64,000 nucleotides of DNA from positions 117,614,001 to 117,678,000 of the forward strand of contig OX597821.1 of the NCBI GenBank assembly GCA_951406725.2, written 5' to 3'. This DNA is from Octopus vulgaris. Lineage: Eukaryota. The stretch's first letter is position 1, and each line of letters starts with the position of its first letter. The translations under genes were made by a program, and so were the position numbers. Positions 44,684 through 57,409 of the stretch are shown here, in pieces. Below the pieces are notes generated by a model. It was not told the DNA's origin, made no database searches, and saw nothing but the letters and a program-made list of their open reading frames with translations.

Positions 44684-44775
<92 letters not shown>

Positions 44776-44804
44776 CGAGAAAGAAGCAACAAGAATGGAT
44801 AGGT

Positions 44805-44894
44805 TTTTAGTACAATCGTTTCATACAAGGGCAGGTTTTATTAAAAGTTGCAAAATTACAGCATATAAACGTGTCCTGTACTCATCAGCTAAAA
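44805..44894 (-). ncRNA. Type I hammerhead ribozyme motif (left arm, same orientation as LRP2 pre-mRNA)
   Basis: Reverse complement of 45534-45624 with the core intact. Confidence 0.8.
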
Positions 44895-45533
44895 TACATG
44901 TGAGTTCTCTAGACATCCTATTGGTTGAGGCTATACTCATGAAGTAGATAATTAAGTAACATAAACAGATTTCCAAAGTTCATTAAAGTTCTTTAAAGAT
45001 GATGTACAGTCTTATCACAGAATTTTAAAAAAGTTTTAACAGCATCACAGAGAAGGTGACCTAATCCGTAGTGCACATATGAATTTCCAGAGATATGATG
45101 AGGGATTACATACTCACAGACGACAAATTTATCCATTGTTAATCACAACGAGGTGGGTCTCAGTTCCTGCTTATTAGCATTACAGAGAGGGTGAATTAAT
45201 CCTTTGTATAGATGCATCTATACAAAGGATTAATTCACCCTCTCTGTAATGCTAATAAGCAGGAACTGAGACCCACCTCGTTGTGATTAACAATGGATAA
45301 ATTTGTCGTCTGTGAGTATGTAATCCCTCATCATATCTCTGGAAATTCATATGTGCACTATGGATTAGGTCACCTTCTCTGTGATGCTGTTAAAACTTTT
45401 TAAAATTCTGTGATAAGACTGTACATCATCTTTAAAGAACTTTAATGAACTTTGGAAATCTGTTTATGTTACTTAATTATCTACTTCATGAGTATAGCCT
45501 CAACCAATAGGATGTCTAGAGAACTCACATGTA

Positions 45534-45624
45534 TTTTAGCTGATGAGTACAGGACACGTTTATATGCTGTAATTTTTGCAACTTTTAATAAAACCTGCCC
45601 TTGTATGAAACGATTGTACTAAAA
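45534..45624 (+). ncRNA. Type I hammerhead ribozyme motif (right palindrome arm)
   Basis: Stem I TTTTAG/CTAAAA, core CTGATGA, stem II GTACAGG/CTTGTAT with long extension, GAAA, short self-complementary stem III ACGATTGT, GUA cleavage triplet. Confidence 0.8.
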
Positions 45625-45771
45625 ACCTATCCATTCTTGTTGCTTCTTTCTCGCTTATAATCACCCCACATTACTGTATTGTTAAAACAGTATAGTTTGT
45701 TTTGGTGCATCTAAGTTAGGTACCTTATTCAAGTAAATTCATTTAAATTAACTTGAATCTTTATTGCTTTT

Positions 45772-45819
<48 letters not shown>

Positions 45820-47060
45820 GTTCTTTCAGTTTCTGCCCCCTATATACACTCTGAAGGCTTTGGTTTGTCAGGAACTATAATAAAAAACAGTTGCTTATGG
45901 TGCCATACAGTGGGACTGAACATAAAACCATTTGGTTGAGAAGAAAACTTCTTACCACACAGCCAAGCCTCTACCTGTTAAGAAACTAATTAAGAAACTT
46001 CTATTCAACAACTATCAAATTTCAGTAGTTGTTATTGCAGATTAGCTTCAATTCAACTCTGATAGTCAGCAGGCCTATGATCAAAGACGCTCCAGCTGTG
46101 ACCACTCCACCTTTAAGGAGTGAATAAGCTTATATTATATAATGGGATCTTTCAGTATTTAAAATATCAAGATGTGATTTTTTTAAAAGAAAGAAATGGA
46201 GATGGAAGCAGATCTTGTCATTAAAATTATGGTAAAAGAAAACAGACCTGTTTCCATCTTATTAGAACTCTTCAGCAGAACATTTCTGGTCATATGGTTG
46301 GTGAACCATATGTTATCATCAATCGTACCCACACTAGCAATGGAAGCATCATCACCAATCATATGATCAGAAACAATAACCATGGAGATAACACCACCAG
46401 GTCATTACACCATAATGACGTCAGCAACGGTGTTACCAACAGCATCACCATGCCCGAAGCCTACCAGAGATATACCAGGAGTGTGAATTTAGTCACCTCC
46501 CAAGTTTGTAAATACATTGGATCAACCAGAATATCTTTCAAATGAATCTTTAACAACCACCAGTCATCCTTCAAAGTCCCAGAAAAATGTTTTGTCATGT
46601 CCCTAGCCAGCCATGTGTAGCACCTCAAAGATCAAGGGACCCCATGTGATATCAGGTTGAAAATAATAGAACAGCCAGGCCTATATATTAATAGTAGTGG
46701 GTGTTGCAAAATCAGCATCGTAGAGAGAACCAAAATCTTTAAGGACTATGCTAAACTATGCCTATTGGAAAATTGCAGATAAGGCTATTATGAGTCTGTA
46801 AAGGTTTTTTTAATCCTCTAGTCCGAGGGAAATAACCTGTCTTCATTAGTGTTTTTATATGTTAGCCATTAAATCTCATCATCCTAGCATTTCCTCATGT
46901 CTATGAGATAGAAACTGAAATTTTGTCTTTGTATAGAGACTGATGAGTTGTCCACAAAGCTGTGGCTTTTGTGGAAGTGAAACCATTGGTAACTCTATGA
47001 CCAGAATTTGTCTTTTTGTTTTAATATATATAAGTATATGTATATATGTATGTATAAATA

Positions 47061-47118
<58 letters not shown>

Positions 47119-47614
47119 TGTAGGAGTGGCTATGTGGTAAGTAGCTTGCTTACCAACCACATGGTTCCGAGTTCAGTCCCACTGCTAGCAGGGCACCTTG
47201 GGACAAGTGTCTTCTACTATAGCCTCGGGCTGACCAAACCCTTGTGAGTGGATTTAGTAGACAGAAACTGAAAGAAGCCTGTGTCATATATATATATATA
47301 TAATTATTATTTGAGGGAATAAAATCCAAACTTACAAGGAAAAAAAATTCAATTTAGAAATACTAAATCAAATTTCACACAATATAATACATATATAAAA
47401 AATTAGAAAAAAAACACCTTTTATCAATTCAAAATGAACAATTAAATTATACGTTTTTATTATTATTTGTTTTGCAATTTACTTAATCATCGGTATTTTA
47501 TTGTTATTTTAATTTTAATATTTCTATTATATGTAATTTTCTAGATGGTGTAATTTAATTATTCATTTTGAATTGAAAAAACATCTTTTATCAAAGGTGT
47601 TTTTTCTAATTTTT

Positions 47615-47664
<50 letters not shown>

Positions 47665-47929
47665 TGTGTCTGTGTTTGTCCTCCTGACATCGCTTGACAA
47701 CCGATGCTGGTGTGTTTACATCCCTGTAACTCAGCAATTTGGTAAAAGGGACTGATAGAATAAGTACTAGGCTGACAAAGAATAAGTCCTGGGGTCGATT
47801 TGCTCGACAAAAGGTGGTGCTCCAGCATGGCCACAGTCAAATGACTGAAACAAGTAAAAGAATATATACACACACATGCATATATACATATACATACATA
47901 TATATATACATACATATATATATACATAC

Positions 47930-47978
<49 letters not shown>

Positions 47979-47985
47979 TACAAAT

Positions 47986-48039
<54 letters not shown>

Positions 48040-48994
48040 GACCAATAGAAAAAGTATGAGGCTTAAACAAAATAAAAAATAAGCACTGATTCATTTAACT
48101 GAAGGTCCTCAAGGCAGTGCCCCAGCATGGGCACAGTCTTCTGACAGAAACAAAATATAAAAGATGAAGACAGCTCTAATAAATATCTGTCAAGAGAAAC
48201 TTTTGGAAAATTAAGTCAATATAGAGAGGATTGGATCTTGTCTTTACAATCAACAAGTGAACACAACAGACATGTTTCGGTGTTGTTTGATCCCCTCAGT
48301 GAAGCATATTCTACACTAAGATTATGTTGCGTCAAATAGAAATGTAGGGAGTGGTGGTTATTGTTGTTTAAACAATTCCAGCTCTTCTTCAAGCAGTGGC
48401 GATCAAGATACATTTTACCCCAGTCTGTCAGGAACCTCTGTCTCTTGGGAGTAGATCTTCAGTTTCATGTTGGTAGAGAACAAACACAAAGTCATACACA
48501 CACAGACACACACACACACACACACATGCACGTGCACTCACACACAATGTAAAATAATGCATACATTATTCAATATATTCATACAAGGGCACAGGCATGA
48601 CTGTGTGGTAAGAAGCTTCCTTCCTAATGACATGGTTCTGGGTTCATTCCCACTGCATGGTACATTGGGCAAGTGTCCTCTACTATGGTCTCAGACCAAC
48701 CAAAGCCTGGTGAGTGGTTTTAGTGGACGGAAACTGAAAGTAGTTCAATGTAGATATATATATATATATATATATATATACTCTTTTACTCTTTTACATG
48801 GCCAGTCATTCGACTGTGTGGCCATGCTGGAACACCGCCTTTAGTTGAGCAAATTGACCCCAGGACTTATTCTTTGTAAGCCTAGTACTTATTCTATTAG
48901 TCTGTTTTGCCGAACTGCTAAGTTATGGGGATGTAAACACACCAGCATCGGTTGTCCAGCGATGTCGGAGGGACAAACACAGACACACACGCAC

Positions 48995-49027
<33 letters not shown>

Positions 49028-49197
49028 AACATATATACGACAGGCTTCTTTCAGTTTCTGTCTACCAAATCCCCTCACAAGGCTTTGATCAGCCTGAGGC
49101 TGTAGTAGAAGACACTTGCCCAAGGTGCCACACAGTGGGACTGAACCTGGAACCATGTGGTTTGTAAGCAAGCTACTTACTACAGCCACGCCTACGC

Positions 49198-49236
<39 letters not shown>

Positions 49237-49240
49237 TACA

Positions 49241-49620
49241 CAGTAGAACCTCACAGTACGAGTGCCCCATTGTACGAGTAATTTGCTGTATGAACCGAGA
49301 CTCATGCAAATTTTTGTCTTGCGGTACAAGCAGAAATCCTCAGTACAAGCACACAAATCGTCTCATCTTTAAGGTAATTCAGTTAATAAAACCAGATTAC
49401 ATATTTCTTTTGCATTCTCTTTTCATAATTGTCATTTTACTTCTAATTACACCTTCTCTGTTTTAAAACCCATAAAAAATTGTTTTTGAGTGGTTTTTGG
49501 TGTTGGAACAGATTAATTATATTTTAGTTAATTTCAATGGGGAAAATTGAATTATAATATGAGTAAATCATAAGACGAGCTCAGTCATGGAATGAATTAA
49601 ATTTGCACTGCGAGGTATCA
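49241..49620. mobile_element. Tc1/mariner (Tigger-like) MITE
   Basis: CAGTAGAACCTC start and GCGAGGTATCA end (partial TIR) in a TA-rich context. Confidence 0.5.
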
Positions 49621-49788
49621 TATATATATATGATATATACATATACATATATATATGATATATATATATATATATATATATGATATATATATATATATGA
49701 TATATATATATATGATATATACATATACATATATATATGATATATATATATCATATATGATATATCATATATATATATCATATATATA

Positions 49789-49823
<35 letters not shown>

Positions 49824-49884
49824 ATATATATATATGATATATACATATACATATATATATGATGATATATATATACACACATAT

Positions 49885-50303
49885 TTAAAAATTGAGGGAG
49901 ATAAATTAATATTAATTTTAATATCAATTTAAAACCGGTAGTCCAGCATTCAAAAAATCTGAGGAGTCAGAGAAAATTCAAATATATGTGTATATTGGCA
50001 GGGCTGGCCTGCTAGGTAGCCGGCCAGAATGCTAGAAATAGATCATCAACGATCAAACTACAAGGGAAATTCTCTAGAGGAAGAATTCAGCGAACACCAG
50101 AACCAAATTTGGCGGGCAGGACATATGAAAAATTAAATAAATGATATATATATCATGGTGCACCTGAGCACTGTATACAATATTTTCATTATTATTATTA
50201 TATGATATATATATACACATATATATGATATATACACATATATGATATATACAGATATATGATATATACATATGATATATACGTATATATATATACATAT
50301 ATG

Positions 50304-50361
<58 letters not shown>

Positions 50362-50753
50362 GTATATATATATATGTATATATATATGTGTATATATATG
50401 TGTATATATATATGTATATATATATGTGTATATATATATATGTATATATATATGTGTATATATCATATATATATATGTATATGTATATATATGTATATGT
50501 ATATGTATATATATATATGTATCAAATGAAATAAATGAAAAACAGGACACAAAAGATGTTGCGGTACATATGTTTCAAGCTTTATAGAACACCTTATTCT
50601 TACATCAATGCATAATCGACATAACAGATAGTTCAAAAGCCCTCTTCAGCCGCATGCAATTACTACACCAAAGACTTGTATCACATTATGAAAGGTTTGT
50701 ATACATATATATATGTGTATATATATGTATATATAAGTATATATGTATATGTA

Positions 50754-50806
<53 letters not shown>

Positions 50807-51693
50807 TTATATATGTTTCTATAGGAGAGGAAAAAATAAGTAGGCAGAATGCCAAATTGGAAGTAAATTTTAATAAAAACGGATGTATGGAAAATTAAAA
50901 AAGAAATCATACGGGCTTTTATTGCAAATTTTCAAGATTTGGAAAGGAAAAAATAAATTTACAATGTTTTTTTCAAAAAAAAAGAAATATTAAATATATA
51001 GAAAAATTAATAAATAAGTATACCAATACATTGTAGAGTCTTTATGCTTTTAGAATTCAATATTAGTCCATGGAAAAACTTCTTTGAAGGATTAGGATGC
51101 ATGTGTTTAAGTATAGTGTTTTGTTTGAAAAGGTTGGATGTTTATGTGTCAAAACAGGAAATGAGGTAGGAGTTATCCAGTTCTTGTGAATAAGGGGAGA
51201 CAATTCTGTGGATTTTATACTCTTTAATTTGAATGCTGGATTTTTTGTCAAAGAGGATGCTTATATCTAATTTTTGTCAGACAGGATGTTAGAAAAAGGA
51301 ATACAGTCACTGCGGAGTTTGTATATTAAGAAGCGTTTGAAATTTTTCAATAAAAAGATTCTCCATGTTGATTCTTTCTTGTATAGAGATTCTGTCTTTA
51401 CACTGATAGAAAAGGAATATATGAAATTTGGGATTTTTATTTCTAGAGCAAGAGTCTTTGTGGCTACTGAGGGGAATTAGACGGTATTGTGGGAGATTTA
51501 TCTGTTCTTTATGGACTGCTACTCTTCTGCATAAAGGAAGGCTTGTTTGTCCGATATAATTATGCTGGCAACCGGTGCATGTAAGAACATAGATGAGGTT
51601 CTAGGAGGAACAAGAGAAGTTGGTCTTGATTTAAAACTTTGTTCCTTGTTTGAAAGTAAATTCAAAGCCTTCAAGTAGGAAGGGGCATGTTTC
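49885..51693 (-). mobile_element. Penelope-like element 3' part: GIY-YIG endonuclease remnant plus pLTR with hammerhead, interrupted by TA-rich microsatellites
   Basis: 51693-51307 translates ETCP...FSCSS*NLIYVLTCTGCQHNYIGQTSLPLCRRVAVHKEQI...MENLFIEKFQTLLN with two internal stops; hammerhead at 50560-50654; 49885-50050 resembles the PLE tail at 33960-34110. Confidence 0.82.
50560..50654 (-). ncRNA. Type I hammerhead ribozyme motif of a PLE
   Basis: TGCGG-CTGAAGA-GGGCTTT...AAAGCTT-GAAA-CATAT-GTA-CCGCA; perfect 5-bp stem I, palindromic stem III ACATATGT. Confidence 0.83.
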
Positions 51694-51740
51694 TATATAT
51701 GTTTTTATATTTATATATATATTTATATACATACACACAT

Positions 51741-51813
<73 letters not shown>

Positions 51814-52018
51814 TATATACATACATGTTTATATCTCCATAGCTTAGCAGTTCAGCAAAACTGGTCCATAGACTGAGTACCAGGCAATAAAGAAAATAAG
51901 TACTGTGGGAAATTCATTTGATTGAAAGTTTTTCAAGGCAGTGCCTCAGAATGGTCTGCATCTAATGACTGAAACAAGTAAAAGGTACTGGATTTATGTT
52001 AAGGAAAATACAACTTAC

Positions 52019-52247
52019 GTGGTCGTTAGCAAAAAGCTGTGTCCATCCACTCCCATCGTATCCACAGAATCCAATGTAATCCATCCGGCCTTCAATGAAA
52101 TAAAGTCTTTTGTTTGGATAATCTATTGTGAGACAAGATGGCCAGAACAGTTTTTTGTTTGCAATAACAATTTCATTTTCTCCATCAAGATCCATACGGT
52201 GAATGCTAGGGCTTGCTTGACGTTCTGACCAGAACAAATACCGGAAG
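52019..52247 (-). CDS. LRP2: LRP2-like exon: YWTD repeats
   Basis: FRYLFWSERQASPSIHRMDLDG...FWPSCLTIDYPNKRLYF...FANDH; 229 nt, phase 2-0. Confidence 0.93.
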
Positions 52248-52659
52248 CTGTTATATTTGTGAAAATAGAATAATTGAATATAACACATTTTGATTAAAGT
52301 TAAACATACAGAAATCAGTAACATAAGAATATAATTACAGAGATAAACAAGTAAACTGTAAGTTACTTTTATTTATGCAGATAATTCACATTTTATATTA
52401 TTCATTGCAGAGGAGAACTAAGAGGATCAAATCACCTTATCAACACCATCATCATCATTTTAATGTCTAATTTTCCATGCTTGTATAAGTCAGTCAGAGT
52501 TCAATGGGGTAGATTTTCTACAGCTGAATGCCTTTCCTGTCACTAACCTTCATCTGATTCCAAGCAAGGTAACATTTCCCTCACGTACGCACATGTTATT
52601 ATTAGTTAAATAAATAAACAAATATATACATAAATAAATAAATAATATAAAAATCCTTA

Positions 52660-53020
52660 TCAGTTCATCTGTCCTTGTCGATGATGAGCAAAGGACATCT
52701 CATGGGAGCAGAAACCAGGGAGCAGAGTGTCGAGCTGCAGCCAGTCAGTCCAATGTATGTTGGGAAGGTTCTGCTGCAGCTTGGGGGCACTGGTCGTCTG
52801 CTGGGACTGAAGGCAAAACGTTGGCTCTGGACTCGTATAGCTTGTGTTTTCTTTGAGCTCCTGTTCCATTGCTATCAGGAGGAACCTCTGCTGGTGCAGT
52901 TTTGCCTGGCTGGGCAGTGTTGTGTTTGCATTTCCCAGGTGTTTGGGTTGATCACAAAGCCCTTCAGTGAGGTTCCTTTTCTGTCCACCTTGTGTGCGCT
53001 TACCAGTTTGTTGTAAAATA
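52660..53020 (-). mobile_element. Decayed RTE-like LINE 3' end with C-terminal Zn-finger remnant
   Basis: GC-rich island; minus-strand fragments KRTQGGQKR, SLKGFVINPNTWE, CPSCSRTFPTYIGL. Confidence 0.55.
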
Positions 53021-53929
53021 GCCCCTTTGGTAATTGCATGTCACGTGTCATGTGTCATACATATACATACACACATACATGCACAGACACAGACACACAA
53101 TTTTTAAGCAGTTTATGAGTTGCAGAGAGATCTTGCTTAAACAAAAAACAAAAGATATATTCAACTCCTATTGAAACTATTGTATCATCAAGTTTCACCT
53201 AAGATATATCATAGCAGGAGTTTTTTTTTATTTGTGAGAGGAATAGGTCAGCAAAATAATGATGAATTCTGGTCGTACCACTGCCAGATAATACCATTTC
53301 TAGTACCAATCTATAGCTATGTAGACTCACTTGTTGAGAAATAAGGGACTTGGTTATGGATACCATAAATCTAGAAAGATGAAACAAAATATCAATCATT
53401 TGTTTGGTATCCATTGCTGGATCAATCCAACTGTATCTTTATCTTTTATCGCTTACTTGTTTCAGTCATTGAACTGCAGCTGGGGAAGTTATTCATTGTT
53501 CTCTTAAGGTTTGGTACTTATTCCATCAGTCTATCATGCTTAGCTGCTAAGTTACAAGACATAACCAAACCAACACCAGTTGTTGAGAAGTGGCATTGAC
53601 AAACACAAAAACACATACATACATTCATACATACATACAAGCATTCATGTATGTATGATGTGCTCTTTCACACAGTTTCTGCCTACCAAAATTGCATGCA
53701 AAGATCAACTCAGGGCTATAGTGAAAAATAACTTGCTTAAGGCATCACACAATGAGACTGACCCTGAAATCTCATGGCTACAAAGCAAGCATGTGCATTT
53801 TTAAAAAATTAAGAACAGAGTTCATAAATTGCAAACTGTTCATCGTTTAAATGTAGTCGCAAATACACCATTGTCTTGGAAAATGTTTTTGTTAAGTGAA
53901 CCACAGTATTTTCTGACATACAAGACAAT

Positions 53930-54325
53930 AATAGCATGTGGTGTAAACAAGCAGTGCAAACATGTTGTTTAAACATGTAGTGTAAACATGTTTTGTAAGC
54001 ATGCAGTGTAAATATGTACTGTGAGAATGCAGTGTAAACATGTGCAAAACTATAGTGTAGACATAGAGTAATCATGAAGTTCAAACATGCAGTGTAAACA
54101 TGTAGTGAAAACATGCAGTGTAAGCATCCAATGTAAAACATGTAGAACAAACATGTAGTGTAAAAATGTAGTGTGAACATGCAGTGTAAGCATGTAGTGT
54201 AAGTATGCAGTATAAACATGGAGTGTAAACATGTTGCATAAACATACAGTGTAAATATGCACTGTAGCAATGGGCAAATATCCGGTGTAAACATGTAGCA
54301 TAAACATTTAGTATAAACATTAAAA
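53930..54325. repeat. Degenerate ~13-bp GTGTAAACATG(C/T)A tandem array
   Basis: Seen directly. Confidence 0.85.
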
Positions 54326-54546
54326 CATCATTATTTAATTCTCAAAACATGTAGCATATCACATGGAATCTTTGGTCCTATATTTTATGGTTGTAAATTT
54401 GGGTTTGAAAAATTCGATTGCAGGCCATAAAATGTGGCATTTACTTCATTAATTGAGACAAAACTATTTAAACAGTACATCAAAGAGGAACATTGAGATT
54501 TGTTTTTACAAATGTCACAAATGAACATAAAAAAATTGCAGCTTAC

Positions 54547-54731
54547 TCTTCACGTGGATCAATTTCGATGGCCATTGGGCGAGAGAGATTTAGTTTTAAC
54601 AAAATCATTCTATGGTCACCTTCAAGATCTGACACTTCGATTGTCCTCTTCCAACTATCGATCCAGTATAAATTGCGGCCAATCCAGTCAACAGCTAGAC
54701 CTGCCACATATGTCATGCCTGTTTGGACAAT
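54547..54731 (-). CDS. LRP2: LRP2-like exon: YWTD repeats
   Basis: Hand translation IVQTGMTYVAGLAVDWIGRNLYWIDSWKRTIEVSDLEGDHRMILLKLNLSRPMAIEIDPRE; 185 nt, phase 0-2. Confidence 0.93.
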
Positions 54732-54980
54732 CTTTATATAAAAAAATTATACAAGTATAAGCAAAATAGTTGGTTATAAGATCCTAAGAAGACATGGAGT
54801 AGTAATGTATACTAAACAATAAAACGAGTCATTACATCAAAATGGCAGTTGAATGTTACTACTCATTTAACCCCAGGCAGATTCTCTGCCTGATGGTTTT
54901 CATTTCACCAAAAACCAGCTGGCAGAGAGTCTCCTTGGGGTTTAACTAGTAGTAACATTCAACTGCCACTTTGATGTAGT

Positions 54981-55367
54981 GAGTGGAGGCGCAATGGCTC
55001 AGTGGTTAGGGCAGCAGACTCGCGGTCATAGGATCGTGGTTTCGATTCCCAGACTGGGCGTTGTGAGTGTTTATTGAGCGAAAACACCTAAAGCTCCACG
55101 AGGCTCCGGCAGGGGATGGTGGTGATCCCTGCTGTACTCTTTCACCACAACTTTCCCTCACTCTTACTTCCTGTTTCTGTTGTACCTGTATTTTAAAGGG
55201 CCGGCCTTGTCACTCTGTGTCATGCTGAATATCCCCGAGAACTACGTTAGGGGTGCACATGTCTGTGGAGTGCTCAGCCACTGACACGTTAATTTCACGA
55301 GCAGGCTGTTCCGTTGATTTGGATCAACCGGAACCCTTGTCGTTGTAACCGACGGAGTGCTTCTCTC
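54981..55367 (+). mobile_element. tRNA-derived SINE, full length with TSD
   Basis: A box TGGCTCAGTGG, B box GTTTCGATTCC; 9-bp TSD TGATGTAGT at 54972-54980 and 55368-55376; related pieces at 1-320 and 12600-12730. Confidence 0.85.
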
Positions 55368-56233
55368 TGATGTAGTAACTTGCTTTACTGTTTGATATAA
55401 ATTTAATGGACAATATTATATAGCTGTTGAATATAAGTTTGAATATTTGGAGGAGAGTAAATGACATGCTGTACTGCTTGGCATTTGTACCAGAAGCTCC
55501 AGTATGACCATTTCAGAGTATTTGGGTGTCAATCTGATGACAGTGCAGAGGATTCGTTAAGAGTTGGATGAATCTAATGGTGATTACGAAGATAGGGTAG
55601 CCCAGAAAACTCACTCTGATCGTTCTGATAAGAAAAGAACTCCTGAATTTATTGGCGAGATCCAGGCCACGATTTACAATGATCTCTCCAAGTCAATCAG
55701 GAGAAAAAAAAAAAAAAAAAAAAAAAGAGGTTGAAAGAAAGGGAGATAATAATAATAAAAAGAGGTTGGATGAAAGGGAGATAATAAAGCATTAGATTTG
55801 GCTTAGTTTCTATGGCTGGGTGCCCTTCCTAATGCCATCCACTCTACAGAGTGTAGTGGGTGCCTTATATGTGCCACCAACACGGGTGCCTTTTAAGTGT
55901 CACTGACACTGACCCTGACTGTGATTTCACTAACAAGAATTTCACTTAATTCATGAGTGATGGCCAGCTGTATGGAGAAGGTTATGTCTCCCTGAAGAAA
56001 TCTAATAACAAGGAAACATGTTCAAAGTCAGTCATGCTCACTCGGTACATGAGATTCTTTCATGTGGTGTGTAGAAGGAAAGAGCAGCCTGGTTCCTTCT
56101 AAACTCAAACAGCCTCCACTAGATGGACATCATGCTGAAGCCATAAAGAATGGCCATAACGGGTTAATTTGCTATCGATTGATACTGAGAAAAAAGGTCT
56201 TTAACTAAAAATTAAATCAAAATAAAAACTTAC

Positions 56234-56442
56234 AACTGTTTGATCAGAGCCATTGGTTTTGATTCTGGAAATAACTTTATTCCTAGCATCAGAAAAATAG
56301 ATGGTTTGGTTAGGTATGTCTATGCTGGAAGCAATTATTCTTTTGGCATCAGCGATATTGATCTCTTCGTAAGGTTGAAGATTAAGGCTGACATTGGTGA
56401 AACTCTTCAAACCAATCACTATCAAAGAAGCTATTGTTGTAT
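56234..56442 (-). CDS. LRP2: LRP2-like exon: start of YWTD propeller
   Basis: TTIASLIVIG...NQTIYFSDARNKVISRIKTNGSDQTV; 209 nt, phase 1-0. Confidence 0.9.
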
Positions 56443-56911
56443 CTATGGAAAATGGCAAGGAATAGAATTGAAACAAAAGAATATAAGTGAAATACTTTCA
56501 TGTCAAATCAATACAAAAGCTAATCAATACAAAATAAAATCATGTTATTGATCTTAAGTAATTGATAATGTAATTGATTTTTAAATACCTGTTAATCTAA
56601 GATGGTTGCCAGTTATTCATCTATTACGCTATTTTATATCATATATTATAGAATATAATGTTATGTTATATTAATATTATATCATATTAAGGTGGCGAAC
56701 TGGCAGAATTATTAACATTCTGGGCAGAATGCTTAGGGATACTCTGTCCATCTTTACATTCTGAGTTCGAATTCTGACAAGGCTGATTAGGTCTTTCATC
56801 CTATCAGGGTCAATAAAATAAGTACCAGTCATGTACTGGGGTTAGGACAGTTGATTTCCCTCTTTCCCCAAACCAATAAAATTAGATAAATGTTATAAAT
56901 AAAGCTCTCAC

Positions 56912-57034
56912 TTTCAATTGCAAGGCATAAGTTCCGTTCTGATTGGTAACCAGTATCACATGAACATTTATATGAACCCTCCAGGTTCAGGCAGTGTTGA
57001 CTGCAAACTCCAGGGGGTTCACATTCATTTAAAT
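56912..57034 (-). CDS. LRP2: LRP2-like exon: calcium-binding EGF repeat
   Basis: [41 protein letters not shown]; cag/gtgag; 123 nt, phase 1-1. Confidence 0.93.
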
Positions 57035-57409
57035 CTGGAAAGAGAAAAAGCATGAGAGTTTTAATTTACCCCTCTCTAATACCAACCACTCTGAGAGTGT
57101 AGAGGGTGCTTTTTACATGCCACCATCATGGGAGCAAGTCAGGCAGCACTGCCACCGGCCACGTTCATATGGTGCAGATCTGGTAGCGACCCACACATGA
57201 ATGGTGCTTATTGCATGCCACCAGCACTAGTAATGGCCACAACTACAATTTCCATTTGATTGTGATTTGATTTGATTTTCGATTTGATTTACTTGACTCA
57301 ATAGGTCTCCTCAAGCACAGAAAGTCACCCGCCGATTCAAAGGTACCTTCTAAATAGGCTGGTTATGCAACATTGGCATAGCCTACAGCTGTGGTCTCAC
57401 TTTCTTTGT

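Larger units (their letters stand above)
44770..45659. repeat. ~890-bp spacerless palindrome (445-bp arms)
   Basis: Centre TATAGATG|CATCTATA at 45214/45215; I found only one substitution (45068/45361) and two single-base homopolymer indels between the arms. Confidence 0.97.

Noticed and set aside
46183-46700. His/Asn/Thr-rich ORF-like segment
   Set aside because: No recognisable motif or splice support; probably decayed repeat.
48262-48305. Possible minus-strand hammerhead (CGAAACATGTC)
   Set aside because: The core reads CTGAGGG, stem I is only 2 bp and there is no convincing stem II.
54985-55060. tRNA-like sequences here and at 7450-7515, 24325-24380 and 62505-62575
   Set aside because: They have A/B boxes but no complete cloverleaf and continue into SINE bodies; SINE heads, not tRNA genes.
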